Positions 39,680 through 49,934 of a stretch of DNA of 64,000 nucleotides are shown piece by piece. Source of the stretch: Candidatus Hydrogenedentota bacterium. GTDB lineage: Bacteria; Hydrogenedentota; Hydrogenedentia; Hydrogenedentales; JAEUWI01. The first letter of the stretch is position 1; every line of letters starts with the position of its first letter. Location: contig JAXMOL010000002.1 of assembly GCA_034669905.1 (NCBI GenBank), positions 128,001-192,000 of the forward strand, in the 5' to 3' direction. The position numbers and the translations under genes were made by a program. Under the pieces are notes generated by a model. It had not been told where the DNA came from, made no database searches, and worked only from the letters and a program-made list of their open reading frames with translations.

Positions 39680-41812
39680 TCACCCCTCCCGCACCACCAC
39701 GCCCCGCTCTCCGTCGATACGTACCATTTCCCCGTTGTGTATTATCGACACAATATCCGGCACGCCAATCACGAGGGGGACGCCATACTCCCGCGCCACG
39801 ATGGCGGCGTGGGACAGGAGTCCGCCCCGCTCGATAACCAGGCCGGCCACCCGCCCCATGATGGCCGTCGCAGCGGGGTCCAGACAGGGGAGCACCAGAA
39901 TATCATCCCTTTCCACCCGCGCCAGATCGGCACCCGACTCCAGCACCACCGCACGCCCCCGGGCCGTTCCCGTAGAGGCGCCGATGCCCGTAAAGGATTG
40001 GGCGCTCCCCCCGGCGTCGGGCATCGCGACTTCATCGCCCGGGGAGAGATGGGTGGGTCGCGAAACCGCGCGGTAAATCCGGGCGTGTCGTTGTCGTTGC
40101 GCGATAACCGACGGTGATGGGGTGGCTTTTCCCGCCAATGCGTCGACCACTTCGCTCCAATTCAGCCAGAACACATCCTCCCGGTGGGCCAGCTGCTCCC
40201 GCGCACAAAGGGTGTCCCCCGCCTGTAGTGCCAGCCGCCGCTGCCGGGCCAGAATCATCTCCCACACGAATCGCTGCTCTTCCCGCATCTCCAGAAGCCG
40301 TGCCAGCCCACCCCGCGCTTCCCTACGGCCTTTGAATGCAGCCGGGCCAGGCAAGGAGGGCAGCGCAAGGCCGCACATCGCTTCACCCCACGTGGGGTCC
40401 CCATAGTCGAGGGAGGCGGACCGGTGGCCGTAGGGCGAATCCGGTCCCAACTCCCCCTGCTCCCGGGCCCGGTTCGCTTCCAGGGTAATGAGGCATACCG
40501 TATCTTGGAGTCTGCGGTGGAGGGCAGCACGCCATCCTGCCGGAAGTCGACCGGTCCATCGGCAAAATACGCCGTATCCGCCATCGGCCAGGGCAATACT
40601 CCACCGGTGAATACGTAAGAACTCCGTGGTGAGTTGATCCAGGGCCTCCCACGCTCCACACCATTCCCCCACCTCCTCTCCGGATGGGTCGGGAATGGCC
40701 GCCAGCGCCTCTTCCAGCCGCCCACAGTACCCGCGCCAGGCGCTCCGGTTAATAAGGGCGTTGCGGCGCTCCTGCCAAAGGAGCGACAACCCCGCCCAAA
40801 GAACCCCGGGCCCAGGGAAGGACCTCGGTGCCACACGCCCTTCCGGGAAAAGCTGGGCCAGATCCTTCGTCAACCACCTTGAGGGCACCCCTTCCAACAA
40901 CGCCACGTAGGCCCCGTGGGCCACATAGACCTGACCCCCATAGTCGAAGACCAGGGGGGCCGGCGGGTCCGTGTGACGTAGCGCGAGGGCTTCCACGATA
41001 CCGGCCTCCACGATACGGGGCAGCAGGGCACTCCGGGTCAGGGGTGTGATGGGTCGGGAAAAACGCTGGTCGAAGAACCAGGAAGTGGCAGCCACGGGCG
41101 GACGGAATGTGCGGTCGAGGTAGAGGCGGGTTACGGGCCGCAGTTGCAAGAGCCAGAGCCCTTCCCCGTCGACGGCCCATTCGATGTCCACCGCCCGGCC
41201 CAAGGCCTCCTCAGCGCGGAGCAGCCACGTACATAAGGCACCCAGCACGTCGTCGGTCAAGGTCGAGGGCTCCGCCACCGCCCCCTCGACGATAGCCCCC
41301 GTAACGGGATCCAGCCAGGCGCAATGGGGGGCCGCAACACCATCCACCAATTTCCCCGGTACACCAACAACCGTCTCCACATAGGCTCGGTCCGGGTGGG
41401 CATTACTGGGATGGGCGGAAAACAAAACGCCGGAAACGAGGGCATCGATACGTTGCTGGATCACCACGGCCATGTCGGAGGAATCCGCCGGGGCAGGGCC
41501 GCTCGCCCGCACCGCGTCTATCGTCGCTGCGAGCCCCTCGGGTCCGTCGCAGAAGTGGGTGGCATAGGCCCCCGCATGGGAGGCCACGGTGCCATCTTCG
41601 TTACGGGCCGAAGAACGAACCGCCACCCCCGCCCCCCCATCAAGCTGTCGGAAAATTGCCGGGAGCCGTTCCGTCGCCACGGCGGCCCCCGCCGGTAGCA
41701 CCACCCAGGGTGGCACCGGCGCACCCAGTTCGTGCAATACCCCCAGCCCCACCGCCTTCCCACCGATTTCGGCAGGGTCACTCCGTTGCTCCGGTGTCAG
41801 GAAGGGGGTCAT
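39680..41812 (-). CDS. PEP-synthase-like phosphotransferase (ATP-grasp, central domain, His swivel)
   Basis: IGGKA, VAVRSSARNED, VVIQQ, DIEWA, LLQLRPVT; C-terminal GGLLSHAAIVAREYGVP. Confidence 0.88.
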   Translation of the reverse strand: MTPFLTPEQRSDPAEIGGKAVGLGVLHELGAPVPPWVVLPAGAAVATERLPAIFRQLDGGAGVAVRSSARNEDGTVASHAGAYATHFCDGPEGLAATIDAVRASGPAPADSSDMAVVIQQRIDALVSGVLFSAHPSNAHPDRAYVETVVGVPGKLVDGVAAPHCAWLDPVTGAIVEGAVAEPSTLTDDVLGALCTWLLRAEEALGRAVDIEWAVDGEGLWLLQLRPVTRLYLDRTFRPPVAATSWFFDQRFSRPITPLTRSALLPRIVEAGIVEALALRHTDPPAPLVFDYGGQVYVAHGAYVALLEGVPSRWLTKDLAQLFPEGRVAPRSFPGPGVLWAGLSLLWQERRNALINRSAWRGYCGRLEEALAAIPDPSGEEVGEWCGAWEALDQLTTEFLRIHRWSIALADGGYGVFCRWTGRLPAGWRAALHRRLQDTVCLITLEANRAREQGELGPDSPYGHRSASLDYGDPTWGEAMCGLALPSLPGPAAFKGRREARGGLARLLEMREEQRFVWEMILARQRRLALQAGDTLCAREQLAHREDVFWLNWSEVVDALAGKATPSPSVIAQRQRHARIYRAVSRPTHLSPGDEVAMPDAGGSAQSFTGIGASTGTARGRAVVLESGADLARVERDDILVLPCLDPAATAIMGRVAGLVIERGGLLSHAAIVAREYGVPLVIGVPDIVSIIHNGEMVRIDGERGVVVREG

Positions 41813-41834
41813 GGCCGAACCTTTACTTTATATC

Positions 41835-42359
41835 CTAAAGCGCTTTCCACTTCCCAAGTATATCATAGAGCACGATGCCAAAGGCGTTCGCCACATTGAT
41901 GCTGTTCTTATACCCGTGCATCGGGATCTTCACTACGTGATCACAGCGCTTCAGGTTCCGCTCGTGGATGCCATTCACTTCATTCCCAAACACAATGGCC
42001 ACCGGCCGGGACCACTCAAAATCGTGCAGGTCCTGGGCATCATCGGTCACTTCGATGGCCACGATAGGAATTCCCTCGGCCTTCAGGGCCGCCAGACAAT
42101 CCTTTGTGCGCTCGTAATAGGTCCACGGCACATACTCAAAGGCACCCAGCGCGGTCTTCTCCAATTTCTTGTGGGGCGGATGGGCCGCCATGCCACAGAG
42201 GTGAATATGGGCCACGGCACCGGCGTCACAGGTCCGGAAAATAGAGCCCACGTTAAAGGCGCTGCGGATGTTATCCACCACCACGTGGACCGGATTCCGG
42301 GGGATAGGCTCCAGGCTATTGATATCAATCTGGGCGTAATGGGGTTCAGGTTCGGCCAT
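41835..42359 (-). CDS. TrmH/SpoU family RNA methyltransferase
   Basis: DNIRSAFNVGSIFRT, VFGNEVNG, IPMHGYKNSINVA. Confidence 0.93.
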   Translation of the reverse strand: MAEPEPHYAQIDINSLEPIPRNPVHVVVDNIRSAFNVGSIFRTCDAGAVAHIHLCGMAAHPPHKKLEKTALGAFEYVPWTYYERTKDCLAALKAEGIPIVAIEVTDDAQDLHDFEWSRPVAIVFGNEVNGIHERNLKRCDHVVKIPMHGYKNSINVANAFGIVLYDILGKWKAL

Positions 42360-42414
42360 CGTATTCTCACTCACACCTTCATTCGCCGCGGCGCAATCCG
42401 GCGGCACCAAAACT

Positions 42415-42447
42415 AAAATGGCCTTCCCGCAGTAAACGGGAAGGCCA
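42415..42447 (-). terminator. Hairpin/terminator after the PpiD-like gene
   Basis: TGGCCTTCCCG/CGGGAAGGCCA 11-bp stem followed by TTTT on the minus strand. Confidence 0.6.
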
Positions 42448-42472
42448 GTGTACTCAGCACGTCATAACCGGC

Positions 42473-44473
42473 TCAGGAAGCCTCATCCGCCGCAGGCGTG
42501 GCCTCTTCTGCGGGCGCTTCTTCCGCCGCTGCTTCTTCTGCAGGGGCTTCCTCCGTCGTCGCAGCCGCTTCCTCCGTCGTGTCTTCCGACGAAATTTCGA
42601 TGATGTCCGTCGGCAGATCCGTCACCGGCTCGGCCTCTTCTTCACCGGCACTCACCATGGCGTTATAAGCCACTTCGTCCAGGGAAACGCTTACGAGGGG
42701 CAAGCGTTTTTCCTGCAGGTGGGTGGTGAAATCCTGGGTCAATTCGAAGCGGGCAGTCGCCAGCATCCGGTCCCGGATATCCTTCTCTTCTTCTTCCCAG
42801 TTTGCCTTCTCTTCTTCCGTCGCCTCGATACGATTCGTCAGGGCGATGAAATAGGTGCCGCCCAGGAAATCCGTGAGGGGGCCGGCCAACTGGTTTTCTT
42901 CTTTGTCCGCCAGCGCCGCGTAGATATCCTGCGTCTGCAGATAAATCTGGTCCTGGAAGAGATATTCCTTCTTGGTGAAGGGGCGGGTCTCTTTAATCTG
43001 GACGTTCAACTCGGGGAAGCTCGTCTTCACCTCGTCGAGGGTCTTGGCCTGGGCCGCGATCTTCTCGGCGTATTCCGTGGTGGCTTCGCGGTAGGACTCT
43101 TCGCCCTTCTTCGCGGCCGTCGCATCGGTGGTGACTTCCGCGCGCACGTCGGAAAGGGGCGGAATCGCACCCTCAACTTCGCTGGTCTTCTGGGCCACAT
43201 AGAGATTGTCGCGACCGGTAATCACGTTGAACTCGGGCGCTTCACGGCCCGCTTCTTCATCAATCGCCCGGCGGAACTGGAAGGAATCCACATTCGGAAT
43301 ACCTTCGATCTCCGTGGACTCCACATTGAAGCCGCTCGCCGTGGCCACTTCATAGCCCAACTCACTCGCCGCGGCGGCGAGATCTTTTTTCTCCCGCGTC
43401 AACGCAGCCAGTTTCTCGGCAGCCACTTCTTTCTCCAGCCGTTCGGAATCGGAAAGGGCCACGTTGATAAAGATGTGGCGGGCCTTGATTTCACGCTGCT
43501 GCGTTTCCTCGTTGGTACGCTCTTCTTCCACCTTGTAGATGTAGTAGCCATTCGGACCCTTTGCCGGGTCGCTGACTTCACCCACTGCCAGGGCGAAGAG
43601 GGGCTTGCGATAATCCAGTTCGGTTTCCCGCTCAGCCAACCAGCCGAGGTCCCCACCGTTTTTGGTTTCCAGGTCGGAAACTTCATCGGCCAGGGCCGCG
43701 AAGTCTTCGCCCCCACGGGCACGCTCGACAACCTTCGCCACTTCTTCACCGGGCCCACTGGGCTGGAGGGAAAAGGCCACATAGTTGGCCGTGTAAGTGG
43801 GCGGATCCTGATAGTTGGCCTTGTTTTCTTCGTAGTAGGCTTGCAGTTCTTCTTCGGAGAGTTCGACGGGCGGCTCGACCTTGATGTATTCCATCTGGAT
43901 CTTCGAGGTGTTGTCCACCAGCTCCTGCTTCACATCCTTGTCCAGAATGCGATTGGCCGAAGCGAGCTGTGCGCTCATATAGGCCTGGCGGGAGAGCTGC
44001 TCTTCGATGCTGGTGTAGACCGCGTCCCAATCCATATTCTGGTTGGCCTTCACCCACGCATTGAAACGGGCACCATTGAAGTTACCGGCATCATCCTGAA
44101 AGCTGGGATCTTCTTTCAACTGGTCTTCCAGAAAGCCCTGCTCCACGTGGAAGTTGCGCTTCTCCTCAATACTGGTGATGAGCGCCGACGTCAACATCTG
44201 CTCGAAGATTTCCCCCGCAACGCCCTGCTCCTGCAGTTCGGCGAAGGAAGGCACTTCCCCGGCGCCCTGGGACTGACGACGTCCCGCAGCCGTGAGGTTG
44301 CGATGAAACTCCGATGCCATTACCGGCACCCCCGCCACACGGGCCAGCTCCACGTCCTGTCCTGGCATGCCCGGCGCACCGCCCCAGGGAATGCCGAAGA
44401 ACAGCATGGGAACACCCACGACAAGGAATATGAAAATCAGCAACGCGCGTCTGTGCTTTCGAAAGAGATGCAC
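42473..44473 (-). CDS. PpiD/SurA-type membrane-anchored parvulin chaperone
   Basis: N-terminal TM, SurA_N-like region, GEDFAALADEVSD...NGGDLGW...GEVSDPAKGPNGYYIYKV; acidic tail. Confidence 0.88.
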   Translation of the reverse strand: MHLFRKHRRALLIFIFLVVGVPMLFFGIPWGGAPGMPGQDVELARVAGVPVMASEFHRNLTAAGRRQSQGAGEVPSFAELQEQGVAGEIFEQMLTSALITSIEEKRNFHVEQGFLEDQLKEDPSFQDDAGNFNGARFNAWVKANQNMDWDAVYTSIEEQLSRQAYMSAQLASANRILDKDVKQELVDNTSKIQMEYIKVEPPVELSEEELQAYYEENKANYQDPPTYTANYVAFSLQPSGPGEEVAKVVERARGGEDFAALADEVSDLETKNGGDLGWLAERETELDYRKPLFALAVGEVSDPAKGPNGYYIYKVEEERTNEETQQREIKARHIFINVALSDSERLEKEVAAEKLAALTREKKDLAAAASELGYEVATASGFNVESTEIEGIPNVDSFQFRRAIDEEAGREAPEFNVITGRDNLYVAQKTSEVEGAIPPLSDVRAEVTTDATAAKKGEESYREATTEYAEKIAAQAKTLDEVKTSFPELNVQIKETRPFTKKEYLFQDQIYLQTQDIYAALADKEENQLAGPLTDFLGGTYFIALTNRIEATEEEKANWEEEEKDIRDRMLATARFELTQDFTTHLQEKRLPLVSVSLDEVAYNAMVSAGEEEAEPVTDLPTDIIEISSEDTTEEAAATTEEAPAEEAAAEEAPAEEATPAADEAS

Positions 44474-44729
44474 CGATCTAAACCTCCGGTATCAGGATAG
44501 GTACCCGCCGCAACACCCGACAGTCGCTTGACTCGTGTTTGACGGCATAAAAAAGTACTGAGTGGTAAACCCGAGAACACTACCATATACCGTCTGATCT
44601 GTGCAAACCTATGGCGGATGGTGCGTTAAGTCGTGGAACACCCCCCGCGGCCCTTTACAGCGACCGACCCGCTTCCGTACCATAGGCCCCGGAATCAACC
44701 AGTGCACCCATCCGTGCCGGAGTCATCGC

Positions 44730-45494
44730 ATGTCCCGAAACCCGCACGTCACCGCCCTGTGCCTTTGCCTGGCGGTGGCCCCCCTGCTGAGCGGCTGCCC
44801 CACATCCGAGGGTCCGCCCCAATACACCGTGTTCATCGAAAATAACAGTAACCAACCCCTCGGACCCGTCGTGGCGGCTACCCACTCCACTGGCGTGGTC
44901 ATGTGGGAAGAAGGCCAACTCGCCAGCTCCGGCATGGGCTCCCTGGCGGAAACAGGTGAAATCGCCGAGCTCTTCAGCGAACTCCAGGCCCAATCCCAGG
45001 TCACCGACGTGGTCAGTTCCCGGATCCCCATGCCCTCCCAGGGCCGTGTCGTGCCGCGTTTTGCACCGGGCACGGTCGGAGGACCCGATCTCGTGGACAA
45101 CCAGCGCATCACCATTACGGCCCAACCCGGCGACGTCATTTCCCTCGCCAGCGGACTCTTGGGCACCAACGACGGCTTTTGGGGCCTCGACGCGGTGCCC
45201 CTGCCGGAATCGGGCTCCCTCATCTATTTCGCCCGGGGCTATGACGCCGGCACCGAAGAAAATAATGAACTGGAGGCCTTCGTAAACGATGACGCCTCCC
45301 GCCTGGGCCCGGCGGTCATCCCCGGCGACGACCCCGAGACGGAAGAGGAGCCCGACAACCGCCGGGAAGCCACGTCGCCGCCCCAGGGTATCCGTGCGCA
45401 CACCGGCATCACGGGAGAAAACGATATCCCGGCAGCCTTTGATTTCGACGGTATCCTCCTCCAGGTAACCATTACGGCGGTCGAAACCCCATGA
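44730..45494 (+). CDS. Spondin_N-domain lipoprotein
   Basis: LLSGC lipobox; ASSGMGSLAETG, TNDGFWGLD, YDAGTEENNE. Confidence 0.85.
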   Translation: MSRNPHVTALCLCLAVAPLLSGCPTSEGPPQYTVFIENNSNQPLGPVVAATHSTGVVMWEEGQLASSGMGSLAETGEIAELFSELQAQSQVTDVVSSRIPMPSQGRVVPRFAPGTVGGPDLVDNQRITITAQPGDVISLASGLLGTNDGFWGLDAVPLPESGSLIYFARGYDAGTEENNELEAFVNDDASRLGPAVIPGDDPETEEEPDNRREATSPPQGIRAHTGITGENDIPAAFDFDGILLQVTITAVETP

Positions 45495-45889
45495 AGTGGC
45501 GTTATTACGGCGCTATCGGGGCCTATTGCGCCTTTATTTTCTGGATCTCCCACCAGTCCCGCCCCCCCGGCTCCAGCATCGATTTCGAAAACTCGGACAA
45601 GGTCGCCCACTTTCTCGTCTATGCCGTTTTGGCGACGCTGATCTCGGTGGGGCTCCACCGCGCCCCCCGGACGTACCGCCCCGCTGTACTTCACGGGGTG
45701 CCGATCGTCTTTGCCTCGCTTTATGGCATCTCAGACGAAGTACACCAGCTCTTTGTGCCCGGTAGAACCTTTTCCTACCAGGATATGATGGCCGACGCAT
45801 TGGGGGCTGTGGCGGGGCACGGAGCCTGTCTCTTCTTCTTTCGAATCCGCCCCCAGGGAAACTTATCGGAAGAAGAGGGAACTTCCTGA
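45491..45889 (+). CDS. VanZ-family membrane protein
   Basis: DKVAHFLVYAVL, YGISDEVHQLFVPGR, DMMADALG. Confidence 0.9.
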   Translation: MKWRYYGAIGAYCAFIFWISHQSRPPGSSIDFENSDKVAHFLVYAVLATLISVGLHRAPRTYRPAVLHGVPIVFASLYGISDEVHQLFVPGRTFSYQDMMADALGAVAGHGACLFFFRIRPQGNLSEEEGTS

Positions 45890-46060
45890 CCCGCGACCGG
45901 TATTAAATCAGGGAGTCGCCCAGGACAGCGGAGCCGAACCTTTGCCCGGATCTCGCCCTGAATGATAAACTGAAGGCAGTGGACATGGGCAGCTACCCGT
46001 GTGAATTCCCGCGCCTGCGGGTATGATTTGCAATTGAATGCGTTCTTGTCCGCTATTATG

Positions 46061-46268
46061 GGCCGGACTTTCAGCCCGTATTCTATTTAACCTTGATTTC
46101 CTGGGGCGGTGCCCCAGACTGCTATGTCTCGCGCCTTTGGCGCTACGGAAGTAGGCGTGGTTGCATTGCGGATAACGTGTGCAGGGCCAACGGCCCCGTA
46201 AGATATCAGCATGGAGCAACGCCCCATGATTCGAGCCCATAAATGCGTAAAGGGCTGAAAGCCCCAGC
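46061..46268. repeat. Imperfect long inverted repeat (REPIN/MITE-like)
   Basis: Left arm GACTTTCAGCCC...CCTGGGGCGGTGCCCCAG...TTGGCGCT versus right arm AGGGCCAA...ATGGAGCAACGCCCCATG...GGGCTGAAAGCC. Confidence 0.65.
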
Positions 46269-46405
46269 CACCGCACGACGCAGCGACACCGAAACGTGGT
46301 GGCGATACGGTTTTCCAGCGGTGAATAGGCTGCGCCAGTGCGAACAACAGCCCATCTGCCTAAATCAGACCACGACAGGCACCCGCCCGATACAGGAAAA
46401 AGACC

Positions 46406-48580
46406 ATGGCCGAAGATACCAACGAAGAACTGAAAGAGGCAAAAACCAAACGGGGTTGTGCCGGACTTTTCTTTTTCCTCATGCTCGTCATGGGCTCCCT
46501 CTGGGGGGCCGGACTCGGCGTATTCGTCTGGGTCCTGGAAGACGCGAAAAGCACCATCTCGGCCCTGGAAGAGTTCCGACCCAATATCGGCAGTAAGATC
46601 TTCTCCAGCGACGGCGAATTGCTCGGCCAGTTTACCATTGAAGAACGCCAGCTCGTCCCCCTCAATGAGATGCCCCTCCACCTCATCAAGGCCTTTGTCG
46701 CCACCGAAGATCACCCCTTTTATGAGCACAAAGGTGTGCGCCCCGACGCCATCATCAATGCCGCGCTCCAGGGCCTCCGGACCGGCCACTTCCGCGGCGG
46801 CAGCACCATCACCCAGCAGGTCGTGCGTAACGTCAAAGATCTCTCTATCGGCAGCGAGCGCACCATTCAGCGAAAAATTAAAGAGGCCATCGTGGCCCTC
46901 CAGGTGGAACGGGAATTCACCAAGGACGAAATTCTTGAGCTCTACCTCAACCAGATATTCCTCGGCATCAGCGCCTATGGCGTCGAAGCCGCCTCCCTCC
47001 AATACTACTCCAAGAGCTGCCGCGACCTGACCCTCGGTGAAGCGGCCACCCTCGCCGGCCTCACCCGGGCACCCAATATCCAGGAACCTATCCACAACCC
47101 GGAAAACGCCCTGGCCCGGCGAAACATCGTCCTCGCCCAGATGCTGGACCCCCAGAACGGTTTCATCACCCAGGAAGAATATGAGGCCGCCATCGCCGAA
47201 GACCTGGACGCCTCGGTCATCACCCCGGAAGAACGCCTCGAGAAGGAAGCCAGGGGCGAAGGGGTGTGGGCACCGGCCAAGTTCAAGGCACCCTATTTCG
47301 TCGAAGAGGTCCGCCGTAAGATTTACAACGAATACGACAAGGAAGAAGTGCTCGAGCAGGGCATGGAAATCTACACCAGCGTCGATATGCGCATGCAGCG
47401 TGCCGCTGAGAAAGCCCTCCTCGATCGACTCGAACACTTTGACAACAACAAACGCACCTGGCTCACCAAGGTTGGGCGGGAAGATGAGTTTGTGCCCGTC
47501 TCCGGGGCCCTCGTCTGCATCGACAACCGCCCCGGATACGAAGGCATGGTCCGCGCCATGGTGGGCGGACGCGATTTCGACACCATTAAATTCAACAGCG
47601 CTACCCAGGCCAAACGACTCATCGGCTCCAGCATCAAGCCCTTCGTCTGGGCCGCTGCGGTGTCCGCCGGCCTCACCCCCTCCACGGTCATCATCGATGA
47701 GCCCTTCGTAAAACGCGACGCCATCGGCCGCGTCTGGCGCCCCAAAAACTTCGACGGAAAATTTCACGGGCCCATGCCCATTCGCTATGCCCTCGAGCGC
47801 TCCGTCAACATTGTCTCCATCAAGCTCGTCGAACAACTCGGCGTGCCCTATGTCCGCTCCTACCTCCAGAGCTGCGGTATCCAGACCGACGTGCAGGGCC
47901 TCACCATCGCCCTCGGCACGCCCCAGGTCTCCGTCCTGGAACTCTGCAGCGCCTATGGCACCTTTGCCAACAACGGCTGGCTCTACAGCCCGGTCTTGAT
48001 TACAGAAATTAAAGATCGCGACGGCCTTACCCGCTACGATTACACCGAAACCGCGCGCAAAGACAAGGCCATGGAAGAAGACGTGGCCTACGTCGTCAAC
48101 CACATGCTCCAGGGCGTTGCCACCCCGGCCGGCGGAAGCCTTGGCTACCAGCCCACCGCCTGGCGCACCCACGTCCTCGAACGCCCCCGGGGCGGCAAAA
48201 CCGGCACCACCAACGACAGCCGCGATGCCTGGTTCTCCGGCTTCACCAAAGACTTCACCTGTGTCGTCTGGGTGGGCTACTCCGACAACCGTCCCCTGGG
48301 CAAAGGCCGCGACCACGACGGCATGACCTTCACCGGCGGACACCAGGCCGCCCCCATCTGGATCGAGTTCATGAAGGAAGCCCAGAAGGGCATGCCCGTG
48401 CGCGACTTTGAAGTCCCCGACAACGTGGAGTTCTTCAACATTAATCGCCGCCGCGGCGACCTCGGCGGCAACTACCGCGAAGCCTTTATCAAAGGCACCC
48501 GCCCCCCGGAAGCCTGGTATGGCGATGTCTACGAGGCCATCCAAACCGTCGACGAAGAGCTCGAACTGGAGTCACTGTAA
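46406..48580 (+). CDS. Class A penicillin-binding protein (PBP1A family)
   Basis: ATEDHPFYEH, GGSTITQQ, RKIKE, KDEILELYLN; transpeptidase motifs SSIK, SVN, KTG. Confidence 0.96.
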   Translation: MAEDTNEELKEAKTKRGCAGLFFFLMLVMGSLWGAGLGVFVWVLEDAKSTISALEEFRPNIGSKIFSSDGELLGQFTIEERQLVPLNEMPLHLIKAFVATEDHPFYEHKGVRPDAIINAALQGLRTGHFRGGSTITQQVVRNVKDLSIGSERTIQRKIKEAIVALQVEREFTKDEILELYLNQIFLGISAYGVEAASLQYYSKSCRDLTLGEAATLAGLTRAPNIQEPIHNPENALARRNIVLAQMLDPQNGFITQEEYEAAIAEDLDASVITPEERLEKEARGEGVWAPAKFKAPYFVEEVRRKIYNEYDKEEVLEQGMEIYTSVDMRMQRAAEKALLDRLEHFDNNKRTWLTKVGREDEFVPVSGALVCIDNRPGYEGMVRAMVGGRDFDTIKFNSATQAKRLIGSSIKPFVWAAAVSAGLTPSTVIIDEPFVKRDAIGRVWRPKNFDGKFHGPMPIRYALERSVNIVSIKLVEQLGVPYVRSYLQSCGIQTDVQGLTIALGTPQVSVLELCSAYGTFANNGWLYSPVLITEIKDRDGLTRYDYTETARKDKAMEEDVAYVVNHMLQGVATPAGGSLGYQPTAWRTHVLERPRGGKTGTTNDSRDAWFSGFTKDFTCVVWVGYSDNRPLGKGRDHDGMTFTGGHQAAPIWIEFMKEAQKGMPVRDFEVPDNVEFFNINRRRGDLGGNYREAFIKGTRPPEAWYGDVYEAIQTVDEELELESL

Positions 48581-48749
48581 CCGCTGGGACGCTCTGCCGC
48601 AAGACCACATCACCGTAATCAAGGGCACCGGCCCGCAAGAAGCCACACCCAACCCACGCACAAACACCCCAACGCGGCTGCGTGTCCCGGTGGAAATGTA
48701 AACTCACTACGACCCCAGAAAAGCTTACCCCCAAAGCCCCTCTACACTC

Positions 48750-49316
48750 CTATCCCTCTGACGGCGGGCCCCAGGCCGGGGACTCCCCAACGGGCTCGGG
48801 TGCGGGGGCCTGTACCGGCTCGGCCGCAGGCGCTTCGCCACGTTGTGCGGCTTCGATGAAGGGCAACACGAGGGCGATGGCTTTTTCCGCAGCACGCTTT
48901 CGTCCGAGAGAATAAAGCGGCGCCTCGGAGGTCGCGGTGTAGAGGGTCGTCCGACAGGAGGGACCCAGCAAGAGATTCACAACCAGGCAAATGGCCGGTA
49001 GTACCATGAAAAAAGCGGTAACCGCGATGACCGACGCGGGAGAACCGGAGGCGGCCAAGAGGGCAATCAAAAGTCCCATGGAGACGAGCACCACCGTCAA
49101 TATGATGGTAAGCACCCGGGAGGCATTGGTAGGCCCACAGACGATGGCCTGTATGTCCCCATAGTAATAACGTTTCACCACTTCCCGATATCCGGATATC
49201 TCCCGATAAAGGAGATACTCGGGAGAAAGCCACAGCTGGTGCCGCTGTGAAGACCATCCAAAGGCCTTCACGGAACGTCCCGGTAACCGACTCATCTGTA
49301 TCATACTTGGGTCCAT
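48750..49316 (-). CDS. Hypothetical 2-TM membrane protein
   Basis: Two hydrophobic helices; KRYYYGDIQAI motif; last gene of the RDD operon. Confidence 0.75.
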   Translation of the reverse strand: MDPSMIQMSRLPGRSVKAFGWSSQRHQLWLSPEYLLYREISGYREVVKRYYYGDIQAIVCGPTNASRVLTIILTVVLVSMGLLIALLAASGSPASVIAVTAFFMVLPAICLVVNLLLGPSCRTTLYTATSEAPLYSLGRKRAAEKAIALVLPFIEAAQRGEAPAAEPVQAPAPEPVGESPAWGPPSEG

Positions 49317-49344
49317 TCGAGTTCACCGCACGCGGCACCACATG

Positions 49345-49926
49345 CTAGAAACTGATAAAAAGCGTCGTCAGGTAGGTGGCCCAGCCCGTCATCGTGACAA
49401 AGGCGAGCACCAGAGAAAAGATCATGCCCCACTTGCGATAAGGGACCGGCCGCCAGGGCTCGTTCCAATAGCGCCATCCCATGAAGAGCGCGACCGGTGC
49501 GATGAAGGCCCCCAGAAAAAAGAGCACGACGGAGAAGAGCGCCAGCCCGAACACGATGCGATCATAGTGAATATACTCCGTCCTTAAGTCGCTGTGCTTG
49601 CTTTCGTCACTGCCCCGGTGTTCAATACAATTGCTGCACAGGTGCTCCCCGTTCCAGTCAATATCGCACAGGGCACACAAAAATTTCCCGCACCCGTCAC
49701 AGACCGAGACCGCCCGCTTATTGGGGTGGTTCATGCAACTGCTGTGCCCCTCATCCAACACCACCTGCGCGGCTTCGCTCTTCTTGGTTTGATAGAGCGC
49801 CGGAAAAAGCCAGAGCCGGGTGGGCTTCTGACAATGGGCGCACGTCAATGTGCCGCCCCCCACGGCCTCGGGCAAACTCAGCGCATGGTCACAAGCGCTA
49901 CAACGAACTATGGTATTCCGCACCAT
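49345..49926 (-). CDS. Zinc-finger (B-box-like) membrane protein
   Basis: CSAC...CAHC; CMNHP...CDGCGKFLCALC...HLCSNC; C-terminal TM helices. Confidence 0.8.
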   Translation of the reverse strand: MVRNTIVRCSACDHALSLPEAVGGGTLTCAHCQKPTRLWLFPALYQTKKSEAAQVVLDEGHSSCMNHPNKRAVSVCDGCGKFLCALCDIDWNGEHLCSNCIEHRGSDESKHSDLRTEYIHYDRIVFGLALFSVVLFFLGAFIAPVALFMGWRYWNEPWRPVPYRKWGMIFSLVLAFVTMTGWATYLTTLFISF

Positions 49927-49934
49927 CGGCCTCC

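Noticed and set aside
45908..48544. 878-aa antisense ORF, and similar ones at 7262-8749, 24344-25948, 33918-35417 and 42719-44500
   Set aside because: They overlap well-supported genes on the other strand and show no motifs; expected in GC-rich DNA.
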